Source: Candidatus Poriferisocius anaerobius
GTDB lineage: Bacteria; Actinomycetota; Acidimicrobiia; Acidimicrobiales; Bin134
Reading direction: 5' to 3'
Assembly (NCBI GenBank): GCA_028278785.1
Contig: JAPYOG010000290.1
Location: forward strand, 1 to 38,203
DNA: 38,203 nucleotides
Position 1 is the stretch's first letter; every line of letters starts with the position of its first letter. Of the stretch, positions 18,916 through 32,671 are shown piece after piece. The position numbers and the translations under genes were made by a program. The notes beneath the pieces were generated by a model that saw nothing but the letters and a program-made list of their open reading frames with translations, was not told the DNA's origin and searched no databases.

Positions 18916-19919
18916 AGCTTGGCGCTGGTGTGAGACCGGTGGGGCTGGCCGGCGCCTTGGGGGGTTCCGTCGTGGAAAGTGCCGAGCAGCTCGTCCAGCG
19001 GCGATTCGAGTCCGCCCATGTTGTACTTGAAGAGCTTGTGGTGGATCTGGTGGTGGAAGTCGCCCAGCTCGAAGCGGGCCTGGCGCCGGCTGCTCGGCCC
19101 AAGCAGCAGAGCGTCGTAGCCGGTGTGCGACAGCGGCGCCCCGAGGCCATGGTGCATGGACATGAAATACATGTGAATCGGGTGCGAAGGCACCAAGAAC
19201 AAGAGCAGAACGTCGGAGAACAGAGCGATGTGCTCGATGGGATGCATCGAGAGCCCCGACCACGGTCCCACGTTCACGTTGCGGTGGTGCCAGGAGTGGA
19301 TGCGCCGATACGCCGGCCCCAGATGCAGCAGCCGGTGGTGGACGGAGAAGTACAGGATCGACCACCAGGGGATGATGGCCAGGAACACCGCGAACCAGAC
19401 GGGGTTGTCGCTGAAGGAGATCGACGGTGCGTGCCCGTTGGCGTAGGCCCACAGCAGCAGCGACTCGAAGCCGGTCCAGATAAGCGGGGCCGGCACCAGC
19501 GTCAGGAAGGTGTTCTCCCGAACCTGGTTCCCGAGCAGGAACACCCTCTTGCTCTGGCCGAACGGCCGGGTGTCGTAGCGCAGGGAGTCGCCCTGGCGCC
19601 GCAGCGTGTAGTACCACACATGGAGCCCCCCGGCGACGAGCGCCACCAGGACCAGGTTGCGGAGCCACACCTCGAACATCCAGCCGAGCTGGAAGCTCTT
19701 GGCGCGCTCGGGCGAGGGCATGAACCAGGCCCAGATTCCAAAGGAGACGGCCAGCATCAAAAAGCGCGGCCTCAGCGGAAGCCAGGTGCGGGCCAGGTGC
19801 TTGGCTATGGCGCCGGGGCGTGGGGGCCAGTGCAAAAACGGCGCAGAGCGCAGCGGAAGCTCCGGCGTGTAGTTCCATCTGACAGCACTGCGGCCGGTGG
19901 GCGCAGAGGACGCGCTCAT
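18912..19919 (-). CDS. Sterol desaturase / fatty acid hydroxylase superfamily protein
   Basis: His boxes HHRLLH, HSWHH, MHPIE, HHQIHH plus TM segments. Confidence 0.88.
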   Translation of the reverse strand: MSASSAPTGRSAVRWNYTPELPLRSAPFLHWPPRPGAIAKHLARTWLPLRPRFLMLAVSFGIWAWFMPSPERAKSFQLGWMFEVWLRNLVLVALVAGGLHVWYYTLRRQGDSLRYDTRPFGQSKRVFLLGNQVRENTFLTLVPAPLIWTGFESLLLWAYANGHAPSISFSDNPVWFAVFLAIIPWWSILYFSVHHRLLHLGPAYRRIHSWHHRNVNVGPWSGLSMHPIEHIALFSDVLLLFLVPSHPIHMYFMSMHHGLGAPLSHTGYDALLLGPSSRRQARFELGDFHHQIHHKLFKYNMGGLESPLDELLGTFHDGTPQGAGQPHRSHTSAKL

Positions 19920-20042
19920 ACACCGACCGCCGAGGCAGCATCCCGAAGCTGCCGGCGACTCTCCAGGCTTGCCACCGAGGGCAGCTTATGTTTGGGGAGC
20001 TATCGGGTTCAAGCATGAGAACATCTGGGCGAGCCAGTCCGG

Positions 20043-21545
20043 TCAGACCTCGGCGAGGAGTTCGCGGAGGCGGACTTTGAGGATTTTGCCGGTGGCGGTG
20101 CGAGGGAAGCCGTCCACAGCGATGAACTCGTCGGGAACCTTGACCTTGGCCAAGCGGGCACGGCACCAGTCGAGGAGCCCGTCGAGCCCCCCACCTGGGT
20201 GAAGGGCGACGAAAGCCACCGGGCGCTCGCCCCAGTCTGGGTCGGACCGCCCCACCACCGCTGCCTCCGAGACGGCCGGATGCAGGTGGAGCACGGCCTC
20301 GATCTCGCTGGGGTAGATGTTGACCCCGCCGCTGATGAGCATGTCCTTGGCTCGGCCCGCGATGTAGAGATAGCCGTCGTCGTCGAATCGCCCCAGATCC
20401 CCGGTTCGCAGCCATCCGCCGACCAGAGCCTCGGCGGTCTGGCCGGGGTCGCGCCAGTAGCAGGCCATCGCCTTCTCGCTCTTCACCCAGATCTCGCCCA
20501 CCTCTCCCGGAGCTGTGAGGGCGCCGCCCTCGTCACGGAGCTCGATGCGGACGCCGGGCACGACCCGACCGCACGAGCCGAGCAGCTCGGGGCGCCCGGC
20601 CATGGCCAGGTCGTGGTCCTCGGGCAAGAGCCCGGTGAGATTGGAAACGCACTCTGTGATGCCGTAGCTCTGGTGCATACCGCAGCCGAAGCGCTCTCGA
20701 GCCTGCCGGATGAGCGGCTCGGCTGCGGGGGCGGCCCCGTAGACGATGAGCCGGAGGCTGGAGAGGTCGGCGCCGTCGAAGCCGGGGTGGTCGAGGAGGC
20801 GGCGGATCTGCGCGGGGACGAGCACCGATACCGTCACCCGGTGCTCGGCGACCGCGGTGAAGAACGATTCGGGTGAGAATGAGCCCAACACCACGTGGGT
20901 CTGGCCGTCAGCCAGCATGGAGCACACCCGAGCGCCGGCGGCGGTGTGGTGCAACGGCGTGGTCGACAAGCACACGTCGTCGGGGCGAAACCTCTGCACC
21001 AAGGCCATGGTCATCCCGTTGAAGGCCAAACCCCGCTGGGTGAGGCACACCCCTTTCGGGCGCCCGGTGGTGCCGCTGGTGTAGAGGATCAGCGCTGTGT
21101 CGTCTTCAGCCGCGCGGTCCAGATCGGCGAACGGCGCCGACCTCAGCAGCTCCTCGTAGGCATCGGCGTCTGCGTCGACAACCGGGCCGGCAGCGCCGAT
21201 CGCCCCCAAACGCCGGGCGTATCGACCGCTTGCCACTGTGAGTCGAGGTTCGGCGCTCGACAGGATGAATGCCAGCTCGGGGTCGGTGAGCTGAGTGTTC
21301 AGAGGCACGGCCGCCGCGCCCAGGTAGGCCGCCGCCAAGTAGACGTCGAAGAAGACCAGCCCGTTGTCGGCCATGAGCGCCACCCGGTCGCCCGGGCCCA
21401 CTCCCGCGTCTTCAAGCCCGGTCGCCAACCGGCGAACCCGGTCCCTCAGCTCCGAGAACACTGCTGAGGGCCCTCCGGCGACCGCTGCCGCAGTCCTTTG
21501 GGGATAGAGCGCCGCATCACGCTCCAACAGGTCAACAACCCGCAT
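20043..21545 (-). CDS. Acyl-CoA synthetase (AMP-binding)
   Basis: YTSGTTGRPKG, YGITE, GWLRTGDLG, KDMLISGG.NIYP.EIE, TGKILK. Confidence 0.92.
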   Translation of the reverse strand: MRVVDLLERDAALYPQRTAAAVAGGPSAVFSELRDRVRRLATGLEDAGVGPGDRVALMADNGLVFFDVYLAAAYLGAAAVPLNTQLTDPELAFILSSAEPRLTVASGRYARRLGAIGAAGPVVDADADAYEELLRSAPFADLDRAAEDDTALILYTSGTTGRPKGVCLTQRGLAFNGMTMALVQRFRPDDVCLSTTPLHHTAAGARVCSMLADGQTHVVLGSFSPESFFTAVAEHRVTVSVLVPAQIRRLLDHPGFDGADLSSLRLIVYGAAPAAEPLIRQARERFGCGMHQSYGITECVSNLTGLLPEDHDLAMAGRPELLGSCGRVVPGVRIELRDEGGALTAPGEVGEIWVKSEKAMACYWRDPGQTAEALVGGWLRTGDLGRFDDDGYLYIAGRAKDMLISGGVNIYPSEIEAVLHLHPAVSEAAVVGRSDPDWGERPVAFVALHPGGGLDGLLDWCRARLAKVKVPDEFIAVDGFPRTATGKILKVRLRELLAEV

Positions 21546-21641
21546 CAGGCCAACAAGGGCTCATGGCGCCATCAGTATGGATGTGCAGAGTGGGGGCATA
21601 GATGTGCATTGCAGCCGCGGCCCTACGTTAGTCTCAGCACC

Positions 21642-22652
<1,011 letters not shown>

Positions 22653-22660
22653 GCACCGAG

Positions 22661-23773
22661 GTGCTGCCCACCCTTGAAACGCTGAGCGAGTCCCTCGGCG
22701 GGCTGGACGGTAGCCGAATACTGCTGCGGGCCGATTTCAACGTGCCGCTCGGCCCTGGGGGCGAGATTGCCGACGACTTCCGCATAAAGGCCGCTCTGCC
22801 CACCATTCGGTGGCTGACCGGCCAAGGGGCAGCGGTCACGGCATGCAGCCACTTGGGCCGCCCCGCCGGCAAGCCCGACCCCCGGTACTCGCTGGCCCGG
22901 GTGCGGGCCCGGCTGGCCGAGCTTGCGCCCGGCGTGGAACTGCGGGAGAACTTGCGCTTCGAGCCGGGGGAGACCGGCAACGACGACCGGCTGGTCCAGC
23001 AGCTTGCCGACGGCTGCCACGGCTACGTGAACGACGCTTTCGGGGCGTCGCATCGGGCCCACGCCTCCATCGTGGGGCCGCCCCTCCATCTGCCCAGCGC
23101 CGCCGGGCGCCTGTTGTCCAAAGAGGTCGAAGTGCTGCTCGGGTTGCGGGCAAATCCCAAGCGGCCGTTCGTCGCGGTGCTGGGCGGGGCCAAAGTCAGC
23201 GACAAGCTGGGGGTGATCCACGCCTTGCTGGAGACCGCCGATGAGGTGGTGATCGGCGGAGGCATGTGCTTCACGTTCCTGGCCGCATTGGGCCACAGCG
23301 TGGGCGACTCGCTCCTCGAGCCCGACCAGATCGAGGCCTGCGCCCGGCTGCTGGGCGCCGGGGCGCCCATCCGGCTCCCCTCCGACATCACCACTTTGGC
23401 CCCGGGGGAGCGGGTGGTGCAGGCCGGGGTGGATCTGCGCCCCGGCTGGCGGGGCCTGGATATAGGCCCGGGCACCGCAGCGGAGTTCAGCGACGTCATC
23501 GCCGGGGCGGGCACAGTTCTGTGGAACGGGCCCATGGGCCTGTTCGAAGATCCCCGGTTCGCTGCGGGGACCAAGGTGGTGGCCCAGGCGCTGGCCGACA
23601 GCCGGGCCTTCACCGTGGTGGGCGGAGGCGACAGCGCCGCCGCGGTGCGCCAATTCGCGCTCGATCGGGACATGAACCACGTGTCCACCGGCGGCGGGGC
23701 GTCGTTGGAGCTGATAGAGCGGGGCGACCTGCCCGGCTTGAAGGCGCTGAGGGAATCCGCCGACAACCCATGA
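22661..23773 (+). CDS. pgk: Phosphoglycerate kinase (start may be the CTG at 22649)
   Basis: RADFNVP, SHLGRP, ENLRF, NDAFGASHRAHAS, GGAKVSDK, WNGPMG, GGGDS, STGGGASL. Confidence 0.95.
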   Translation: MLPTLETLSESLGGLDGSRILLRADFNVPLGPGGEIADDFRIKAALPTIRWLTGQGAAVTACSHLGRPAGKPDPRYSLARVRARLAELAPGVELRENLRFEPGETGNDDRLVQQLADGCHGYVNDAFGASHRAHASIVGPPLHLPSAAGRLLSKEVEVLLGLRANPKRPFVAVLGGAKVSDKLGVIHALLETADEVVIGGGMCFTFLAALGHSVGDSLLEPDQIEACARLLGAGAPIRLPSDITTLAPGERVVQAGVDLRPGWRGLDIGPGTAAEFSDVIAGAGTVLWNGPMGLFEDPRFAAGTKVVAQALADSRAFTVVGGGDSAAAVRQFALDRDMNHVSTGGGASLELIERGDLPGLKALRESADNP

Positions 23774-23784
23774 GGAGCACGGCA

Positions 23785-24561
<777 letters not shown>

Positions 24562-24622
24562 AGGGCGAGCGCGGGCACACGGTTGGGTCCGCAGGGCAGC
24601 CGAGCGGGTAGGATGACTCGCT

Positions 24623-24853
24623 GTGACCATTGCTCTTGTGGTGATCGATGTGGCGTCTGCGTTGGGCCTGCTGCTTCTGGTGCTGTTGCACAGCGGGCGG
24701 GGCGGCGGCTTGTCGGACATGTTCGGAGGCGGCTTCGGAACGCAGGCCGCAGGATCGACGGTTATCGAGAAGAACCTGGACCGCCTCACGATTGTGGCCG
24801 CTCTGATCTTCTCGTTCTCCACTCTGGCACTGGCCCTGCTGCTGGACACCTAG
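24623..24853 (+). CDS. secG: Preprotein translocase subunit SecG
   Basis: LLHSGRGGGLSDMFGGG..EKNLDRLT; conserved position after tpiA. Confidence 0.93.
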   Translation: MTIALVVIDVASALGLLLLVLLHSGRGGGLSDMFGGGFGTQAAGSTVIEKNLDRLTIVAALIFSFSTLALALLLDT

Positions 24854-24860
24854 TCGTCGG

Positions 24861-25967
24861 GTGGATTTCGCGCTCACCCCCGAATTGCTGGATCTGCGCC
24901 GCCGGGCGCGGGCCGTGGCCGCCGACGGCGTGGCCCGTTTCGGACGCTCCAACGACTCCTGGATAAACGGCTATTCCAAGCAGTTCGCCAGGATCATGGC
25001 CGATGAGGGCTGGATCGGGATGGGGTGGCCCACGCGTTACGGGGGACGGGCTCGGCCTCCCATCGAGCGGCTGATCGTGGCCGAGGAGATGATCAGCGTG
25101 GGCGCTCCGGTGGCGGCCATGTGGTTCGCCGACCGACAGATGGGCCCAGCGCTGATCGCGTACGGGAGCGAGCGGCAGAAGGCCGAGTTCCTGCCCCGAA
25201 TGCTGTCGGGGGAGTCGACCTGGTGCATCGGCATGAGCGAGCCCGATGCCGGCTCGGATTTGGCCTCCGTGGGCACTCGGGCGGTTCGCGACGGCGACTG
25301 CTTCGTGATCGACGGCCAGAAGATCTGGACGAGCTTCGCCAACCTCGCCGATTACTGCTATCTCATCTGCCGCACCGACGACAAGGGCCCGCCCCATCGG
25401 GGAGTGAGCGAGATCATCGTGCCCATGGACACGCCGGGCATAGAGGTGCGCCCCATCACCGACATGATCGGCCACCGCCACTTCTGCGAGATCTACTTCA
25501 CCGGGGTGCGGGTGCCGGCCGAGAACCTGGTGGGCGCGGAGGGCGACGCCTTCAAGCAGACCATGGCCCAGCTGGCCCACGAGCGCGGCGGGATCGACCG
25601 CCTTGCGTCCAATCGGGCGCTGTTCCTCCATGCCCGGTCCGTGGCCGACTGGGACGATCCCCTGGTCCGCCAGCAAGTCGCCCGCTTGGAGGCCGAGTAC
25701 CGGGTGGGCAGGCTGCTCGTGTACCGCGAGGCGCTGGGCCAGGCGCCTGCCGGCTTCAGCGCCGCCACCAAGGCGTTCTGCACCGAGCACCAGCAGCGGG
25801 TGGCCCAATTCGCCGCCGCCAGTCTGGGCCCGGCCGCGCTGCTCCAAGACGAGTGGACCCAGGCGATCTTCTACGCCCCCGCCTACACCATCGCCGGCGG
25901 CACCTCCAACATCATGCGCAACATCCTCGGCGAGCGGGTCTTGGGACTGCCCCGCGAACCCCGCTGA
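24861..25967 (+). CDS. Acyl-CoA dehydrogenase family protein
   Basis: WP..YGG, GMSEPDAGSDLAS, GQKIWTS, TIAGGTSNIMRNILGERVLGLPRE. Confidence 0.92.
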   Translation: MDFALTPELLDLRRRARAVAADGVARFGRSNDSWINGYSKQFARIMADEGWIGMGWPTRYGGRARPPIERLIVAEEMISVGAPVAAMWFADRQMGPALIAYGSERQKAEFLPRMLSGESTWCIGMSEPDAGSDLASVGTRAVRDGDCFVIDGQKIWTSFANLADYCYLICRTDDKGPPHRGVSEIIVPMDTPGIEVRPITDMIGHRHFCEIYFTGVRVPAENLVGAEGDAFKQTMAQLAHERGGIDRLASNRALFLHARSVADWDDPLVRQQVARLEAEYRVGRLLVYREALGQAPAGFSAATKAFCTEHQQRVAQFAAASLGPAALLQDEWTQAIFYAPAYTIAGGTSNIMRNILGERVLGLPREPR

Positions 25968-25988
25968 GACAGGGGATGAGACAGGGGA
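25965..25988 (+). repeat. 12-bp tandem duplication starting at the acyl-CoA dehydrogenase stop codon
   Basis: tgagacagggga twice. Confidence 0.7.
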
Positions 25989-26027
25989 GATGGAAGCACC
26001 GAGCGCCGCCGGCGCCGCTCCGCCCGC

Positions 26028-26855
26028 TCAGGGCTGGGTGCTGTCCGCCAGAAAGCCGATCAGCGGCGCGGTGCTGCCGCCGTCCACAAGCAGATCTGTG
26101 CCGGTCACAAACGAGGCGCCTGCCGAGCACAGGAATTCGATTACGGAGGCTATCTCGTCGGGCTGGCCCACTCGCCGGAGCGGTGTCATCTCGATGATGT
26201 CCTGCATCAGCGGCTGGAGGGCAAGCTCTTGTCGGCCCATCGGCGTCTCGATGATGCCCGGCGAAAGCGACATGATTCGAGCCCCCTTGGCCCCCCACTC
26301 CGAAGCCCTTCGCAGAACCTCCTGGCGCACTGCCCATTTCGACCAGACGTAGGCGAGGTCGGGCTGATCGACTCCGGCGGCCACTGCGTCGGCCAGAAAC
26401 CCCTCGGCCAACGGCTCGGCCATCAATGCCGCTATCTCGGTCTGGCCGCCGTCTAGGAGGTGCCCGGCCTGCGATGCCACGACTACCGCAGCAGTCTCCT
26501 CGTTGGCCAGCGGGGCCAGCGCGTCGAGGAGCCGCACAGTGCCGAGGAGGTTCACCTCGAGAATGCGCGAGGCGTCGGCCATGGTCGGGCTCAGGCCCGC
26601 GGTGTGGGCCACCGCCCGCAAGCACCCCTGCTCGGCGACCGCGGCGGCAATCTGCTCGCCGCTGCGGGCATCGGCGAGATCCACCGGCACGGGCACCACT
26701 GTGCCCAGAGCACCGAGTTCCCGGGCAGCGGCCTCGGTGCGGGCGGCGCCGACGTCGGCGCAGATCACAGCATCGCCGGCGGCCAGGAAACGGGCGGCAC
26801 AGGCTGAGCCCATCCCCCCTGCTGCTCCGGTGACGACGCTTGTGGGACGGCTCAC
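26028..26855 (-). CDS. Short-chain dehydrogenase/reductase (3-alpha-HSD/carbonyl-reductase-like)
   Basis: [41 protein letters not shown]. Confidence 0.9.
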   Translation of the reverse strand: MSRPTSVVTGAAGGMGSACAARFLAAGDAVICADVGAARTEAAARELGALGTVVPVPVDLADARSGEQIAAAVAEQGCLRAVAHTAGLSPTMADASRILEVNLLGTVRLLDALAPLANEETAAVVVASQAGHLLDGGQTEIAALMAEPLAEGFLADAVAAGVDQPDLAYVWSKWAVRQEVLRRASEWGAKGARIMSLSPGIIETPMGRQELALQPLMQDIIEMTPLRRVGQPDEIASVIEFLCSAGASFVTGTDLLVDGGSTAPLIGFLADSTQP

Positions 26856-26977
26856 GACGCCGAGACTACTCAGCAGAGCACCGCGATGCGCGCCGCAGTG
26901 AGCTTTGCACAGTCCAAGCATTAGGATGGTTTTTTTGAATCAACCGCCAGCCGACCGACACATCAAAGGAGAGTCCA

Positions 26978-29161
<2,184 letters not shown>

Positions 29162-29258
29162 GCGCAGTGCGGCGGTGGACGCCGGCGGCACTCCCGCACA
29201 GAGTTGGGCGCCCGACGCGATAAGGTTCCCTCTGCGCCGGCAGGCCGTCGGCGTCCAC

Positions 29259-29343
29259 GTCGGAGTGGCGGAATTGGCAGACGCGCTAGCTTGAGGGGCT
29301 AGTGCCCAATATGGGCGTGGGGGTTCAAGTCCCCCCTCCGACA
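29259..29343 (+). tRNA. tRNA-Leu(GAG)
   Basis: Acceptor GTCGGAG/CTCCGAC, D arm GGAATTGGCAGAC, anticodon arm CTAGC-TTGAGGG-GCTAG, long variable arm, GGTTCAAGTCC T loop; CCA not encoded. Confidence 0.95.
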
Positions 29344-29419
29344 CTGACGGGGTGGTGTTCCCGCCGCACGCATGGACCGTGCCCGAACCTCGACACCGGC
29401 GTCTGTAGAATCCCCTGCC

Positions 29420-31108
29420 ATGGATGAGTTGCCAGTTTCTGGCCGTGGTTTTCGACTGCTGCTCGGCGCGGTCGTCTTGTTGGTTTTGGTGGTTGTCGTG
29501 CAGGCGGTCTTGTTGATCGTGCTGGCAGTTGGCGATTCGGAGGGGGAGGGTGGTTCGGCTTCCCCGTTGGGAGTGCCCCCTGCCGTTCCCCCCATTCCGG
29601 TCAGCGCAGCCGCGGTCGGCGGTGAAGCGGGCGCGCCTGAGGAAGCGGGGAATCCCGTTTCTGTGTTGTCGGGGGCGGTTCACTATGTCACCTATCTGGC
29701 CGAGCAGGGTTTTGTTCCTGAGCGCTTGGAGGTCGAGGTTGGGGAGACGGTGGTGTTTGTGAATGCGTCGGGCGCGGATTTCTGGCCGGCTTCAAATATT
29801 CATCCGACGCATGAGATTCTGCCCGCGTTCGATTCGCTGGGGCCGGTTCCGGCGGGGCAGGCATGGGAGTTCGTGTTCGATGAGGCGGGCCAGTGGCAAT
29901 ACCACGACCATCTGTACCCGCCCGAGGGCGGTGTGGTCATCGCTGTTGAGGCCGTTGCCGCCGAACCCGGCGCCGGAGAGGGGTTGGGAGAGGCTGTGGA
30001 TGGGGAGGCCGGCAGCGGCGATCTCGGCCCGCGGGGCGAGCTGGGGCCGCTGGTGATCGAGATGCCCGATGTTGAGTTCGCCGAGCTTGCCGGGGACGCG
30101 GCTGACCGCTATTCGGGGATCTATGCCGACGACGGTGAACTCGAGCGGGTCGTCGAGGAGTTCGGGCCGTCGAACGCTCTGAGGATTCTCAAAGCCATCG
30201 AGCTCGAGACCAGCGGAGACTGTCACAACCGTGCTCACGATGCCGGACGGATTGCCTATGAGCTGTTCGGACCCGCAGCGTTCGCGCTGGCGTCCCATGA
30301 GTGCCAGTCGGGCGGTTTCCACGGTGCGACCGAGGCGCTGTTCGCGAGCCGCGGCACCGCGAGCCTTGCCGAGGATGTGGCTGTTTTGTGCTCAGATGCC
30401 CCTAACCCGTTTATCCGCCACCAGTGCCTGCACGGGATCGGGCACGGGATCATGGCCTGGTCGAACTACGAGCTGCACCAGTCGCTGGAGTTGTGCGACG
30501 CGATTGCCGCATCGCTGGACCAGCAGTCCTGCTACTCGGGGGTGTTCATGGAGAACGTGGTCGGAGGGCTCAGCGGCCTCATGGGCCACACCACCGAGTA
30601 CCTGCGCCCCGACGACCCCGTCTATCCGTGCGACGTGGTGGCCGACCGGTACCGGGCCGACTGCTACTTCTACCAGACCTCTCACATGGTCCGAGTGCTC
30701 GATTACGACATGGCCGCGGTCGCCCAGACCTGCACCGAGGCCCCGGCGGGCTCGGCCTATCACTGCTTCGGGTCATACGGTCGAGATGCCGCATCCTTCG
30801 CCCAGAACGACCCCGCTGCCTCGATCGAGCACTGCAAGCACGCCCCGACCGCTGATCTGAACGCGGCATGCACGCGCGGGGCCGTGCAGAACGGCTTCTG
30901 GGAAAAGCCCGGAGCGCCGCGGGCGGTGCAGTACTGCGCGCTGTTGGACAGCGACCCCCAAAGTCATCCGGTGAGTCGGGAAGTCTGCTACCAGACCATC
31001 ACCGACAGAGCACGCGACGTCTTCGGAACAGCCGAGGAGTACGAGCAGTTCTGCGCTCAGCTACCAGCCGACCGCCACGCCGCTTGCCGCCAAACACTCG
31101 GCTTGTAG
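29420..31108 (+). CDS. Membrane-anchored protein: cupredoxin-like domain plus Cys/His-rich helical domain
   Basis: N-terminal TM; GFVPERLEVEVGETVVFVN..ASNIHPTH..WQYHDHL; then CHNRAHDAG, CQSGGFHG, CLHGIGHG, CYSGVFMEN, CYFYQ; TAGAAT -10 8 nt before the ATG. Confidence 0.8.
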   Translation: MDELPVSGRGFRLLLGAVVLLVLVVVVQAVLLIVLAVGDSEGEGGSASPLGVPPAVPPIPVSAAAVGGEAGAPEEAGNPVSVLSGAVHYVTYLAEQGFVPERLEVEVGETVVFVNASGADFWPASNIHPTHEILPAFDSLGPVPAGQAWEFVFDEAGQWQYHDHLYPPEGGVVIAVEAVAAEPGAGEGLGEAVDGEAGSGDLGPRGELGPLVIEMPDVEFAELAGDAADRYSGIYADDGELERVVEEFGPSNALRILKAIELETSGDCHNRAHDAGRIAYELFGPAAFALASHECQSGGFHGATEALFASRGTASLAEDVAVLCSDAPNPFIRHQCLHGIGHGIMAWSNYELHQSLELCDAIAASLDQQSCYSGVFMENVVGGLSGLMGHTTEYLRPDDPVYPCDVVADRYRADCYFYQTSHMVRVLDYDMAAVAQTCTEAPAGSAYHCFGSYGRDAASFAQNDPAASIEHCKHAPTADLNAACTRGAVQNGFWEKPGAPRAVQYCALLDSDPQSHPVSREVCYQTITDRARDVFGTAEEYEQFCAQLPADRHAACRQTLGL

Positions 31109-31167
31109 CCGATGGAGGTTTCCCGCACGGCAAGGCGGCCGTCCCTGGGCCAAGGGGGAGCCTCAGG

Positions 31168-31824
31168 TCAGGGGCCGAGGGCCGTGATGGGGGTGACCTG
31201 GACGCCGTCGGGGCGGGTATAGGCGAAGCCCAAAGCGGTGATGACCACCATGGCGACAAGCTGTTCGGCGCGGTCAGCAGCCACCTTGTCGCGCACGCGT
31301 CGCAGCGACTGGGCCGCGGCCTCGATCGCGTCGCCGCCCCCCAGCTTGACCTCTACTGCAAGCCACCTCCCGTCGGGCACCTCGACGATGGCGTCGGCTT
31401 CGGTGCCCGCAGCGTCGCGCAGCTGGAAGATGCGCCCGTCGTGGGGCTGCGCTAGGACGCGCAGATCCCTCACAACGAGTGACTCGAACAGCAGGCCGAG
31501 TGCGGACATATCGCCCATCAGCCGCTCGGCATTGGCGCCGAGAGCGGCAGCCGCTAGCGATGGATCGGCCAGATGCCACTTGGCCGACTTCCGCAACGGT
31601 GCCCGAGAACGCAGGCGGACCGACCACGCGGGCTGTTCTTCGACCACGAATATCCGCCGCAACGCGTCGAGGTAGGCGCGAACCGTGTGGCGGTGCAGCG
31701 GATCCGGCTCCGCATCCGCGCCCAGCGTGCTCATGCTGGCTTCGGTCGCAACGTTTCGCGCCAGCGACTGGAGCAACCGCTCCACACCGGCGGGACTTCG
31801 CACGGCGCCATCGCCGACGAGCAC
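31168..31824 (-). pseudogene. C-terminal fragment of an AAA-ATPase/DUF4143 protein
   Basis: TVRAYLDAL..K.HLADPSLA..GLLFESLV..EADAIVE..AVEVK; the N-terminal P-loop is absent. Confidence 0.8.
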
Positions 31825-31884
31825 GCTCGGCTTCGAGTGCTGCTACTACATGAGCCTTCGATCCGCTCGAAAGCCTCTTCGGTC

Positions 31885-32237
31885 GGCGGCGGCCCCCGTG
31901 ACCAGACAGCCATCACCATTTCCGACCCCGAGGTTGAGAATGCCTGTGTGAACCGGTGCAAGGCATGGCAGCGCACCAAGTACGACGGCGGCTGGGGCGC
32001 CATCACCTGGCCTGCCGAATACGGCGGCCGGGGACTGAGCGGCATCCACGACGGTATCTTCAAGGAGGAGGAGGCCAAGCGGGTGTCGGCCACCGGGGTG
32101 TTCGCGGTGGGCATCGGCATGACCGGCCCCACCATCATCGCCCACGGCACCGCCAGCCAAAAGGAGCGGTTCCTGCCCGCCATGCTCAAGGGCGAGGTGG
32201 TGTGGTGCCAGCTTTTCTCTGAGTCGGTGGCCGGGTC
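31885..32237 (+). pseudogene. N-terminal fragment of an acyl-CoA dehydrogenase
   Basis: AWQR..GGWGAITWPAEYGGRG..GPTIIAHGTASQKERFLP..WCQLFSE, after which similarity stops. Confidence 0.8.
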
Positions 32238-32299
32238 TTTTCTCATCCCAGCCCTCGGGTGCCTCTTCGGTGTACATGATCCCGGCGGTCAGAAGGTGT

Positions 32300-32654
32300 G
32301 CGACGCCAAGCGCCCGATGAGGATCGTCATGCGATCGGGCGTGCCCTTTGCCTTCGCCGGACTGTGGTCAGTGTGGACCGATCCCGAAGGCAACCGCATT
32401 CCGTCGCGCACCATCATCACCACCGCGGCAAACGAAGTGCTCAAGCCGATCCATCATCGGATGCCGGTTATCCTGCCGAAGAGGCGGAGGGCCTCTGGCT
32501 GGACACCCACCTCGACGACAGCGACGCGTTGGCCCAACTTCTCGAGCCATCCTCCGCCGACGCTATGGAAGCCTATGATGTATCCCGCTTGGCGAACTCG
32601 GCGTCCAACGACCTCCCCGAGGTAACCGCGCCGCTGCCTCAACTCCCCTTCTAA
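32300..32654 (+). pseudogene. C-terminal fragment of an SRAP (SOS response-associated peptidase), frameshifted at ~32477
   Basis: PFAFAGLWSVW..TIITTAANEVLKPIHHRMPVIL, then in another frame WLD..LLEP..MEAYDVSRLANSASND. Confidence 0.85.
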
Positions 32655-32671
32655 ACTGGTAGTTTGGGCCT

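Noticed and set aside
30220-31108. Multiheme cytochrome c
   Set aside because: Many Cys and His residues but no CxxCH motif.
31573-32625. 350-aa ORF as a novel acyl-CoA dehydrogenase-SRAP fusion
   Set aside because: Both parts are truncated, SRAP lacks its N-terminal catalytic Cys and is frameshifted, and the ORF start overlaps the antisense DUF4143 fragment.
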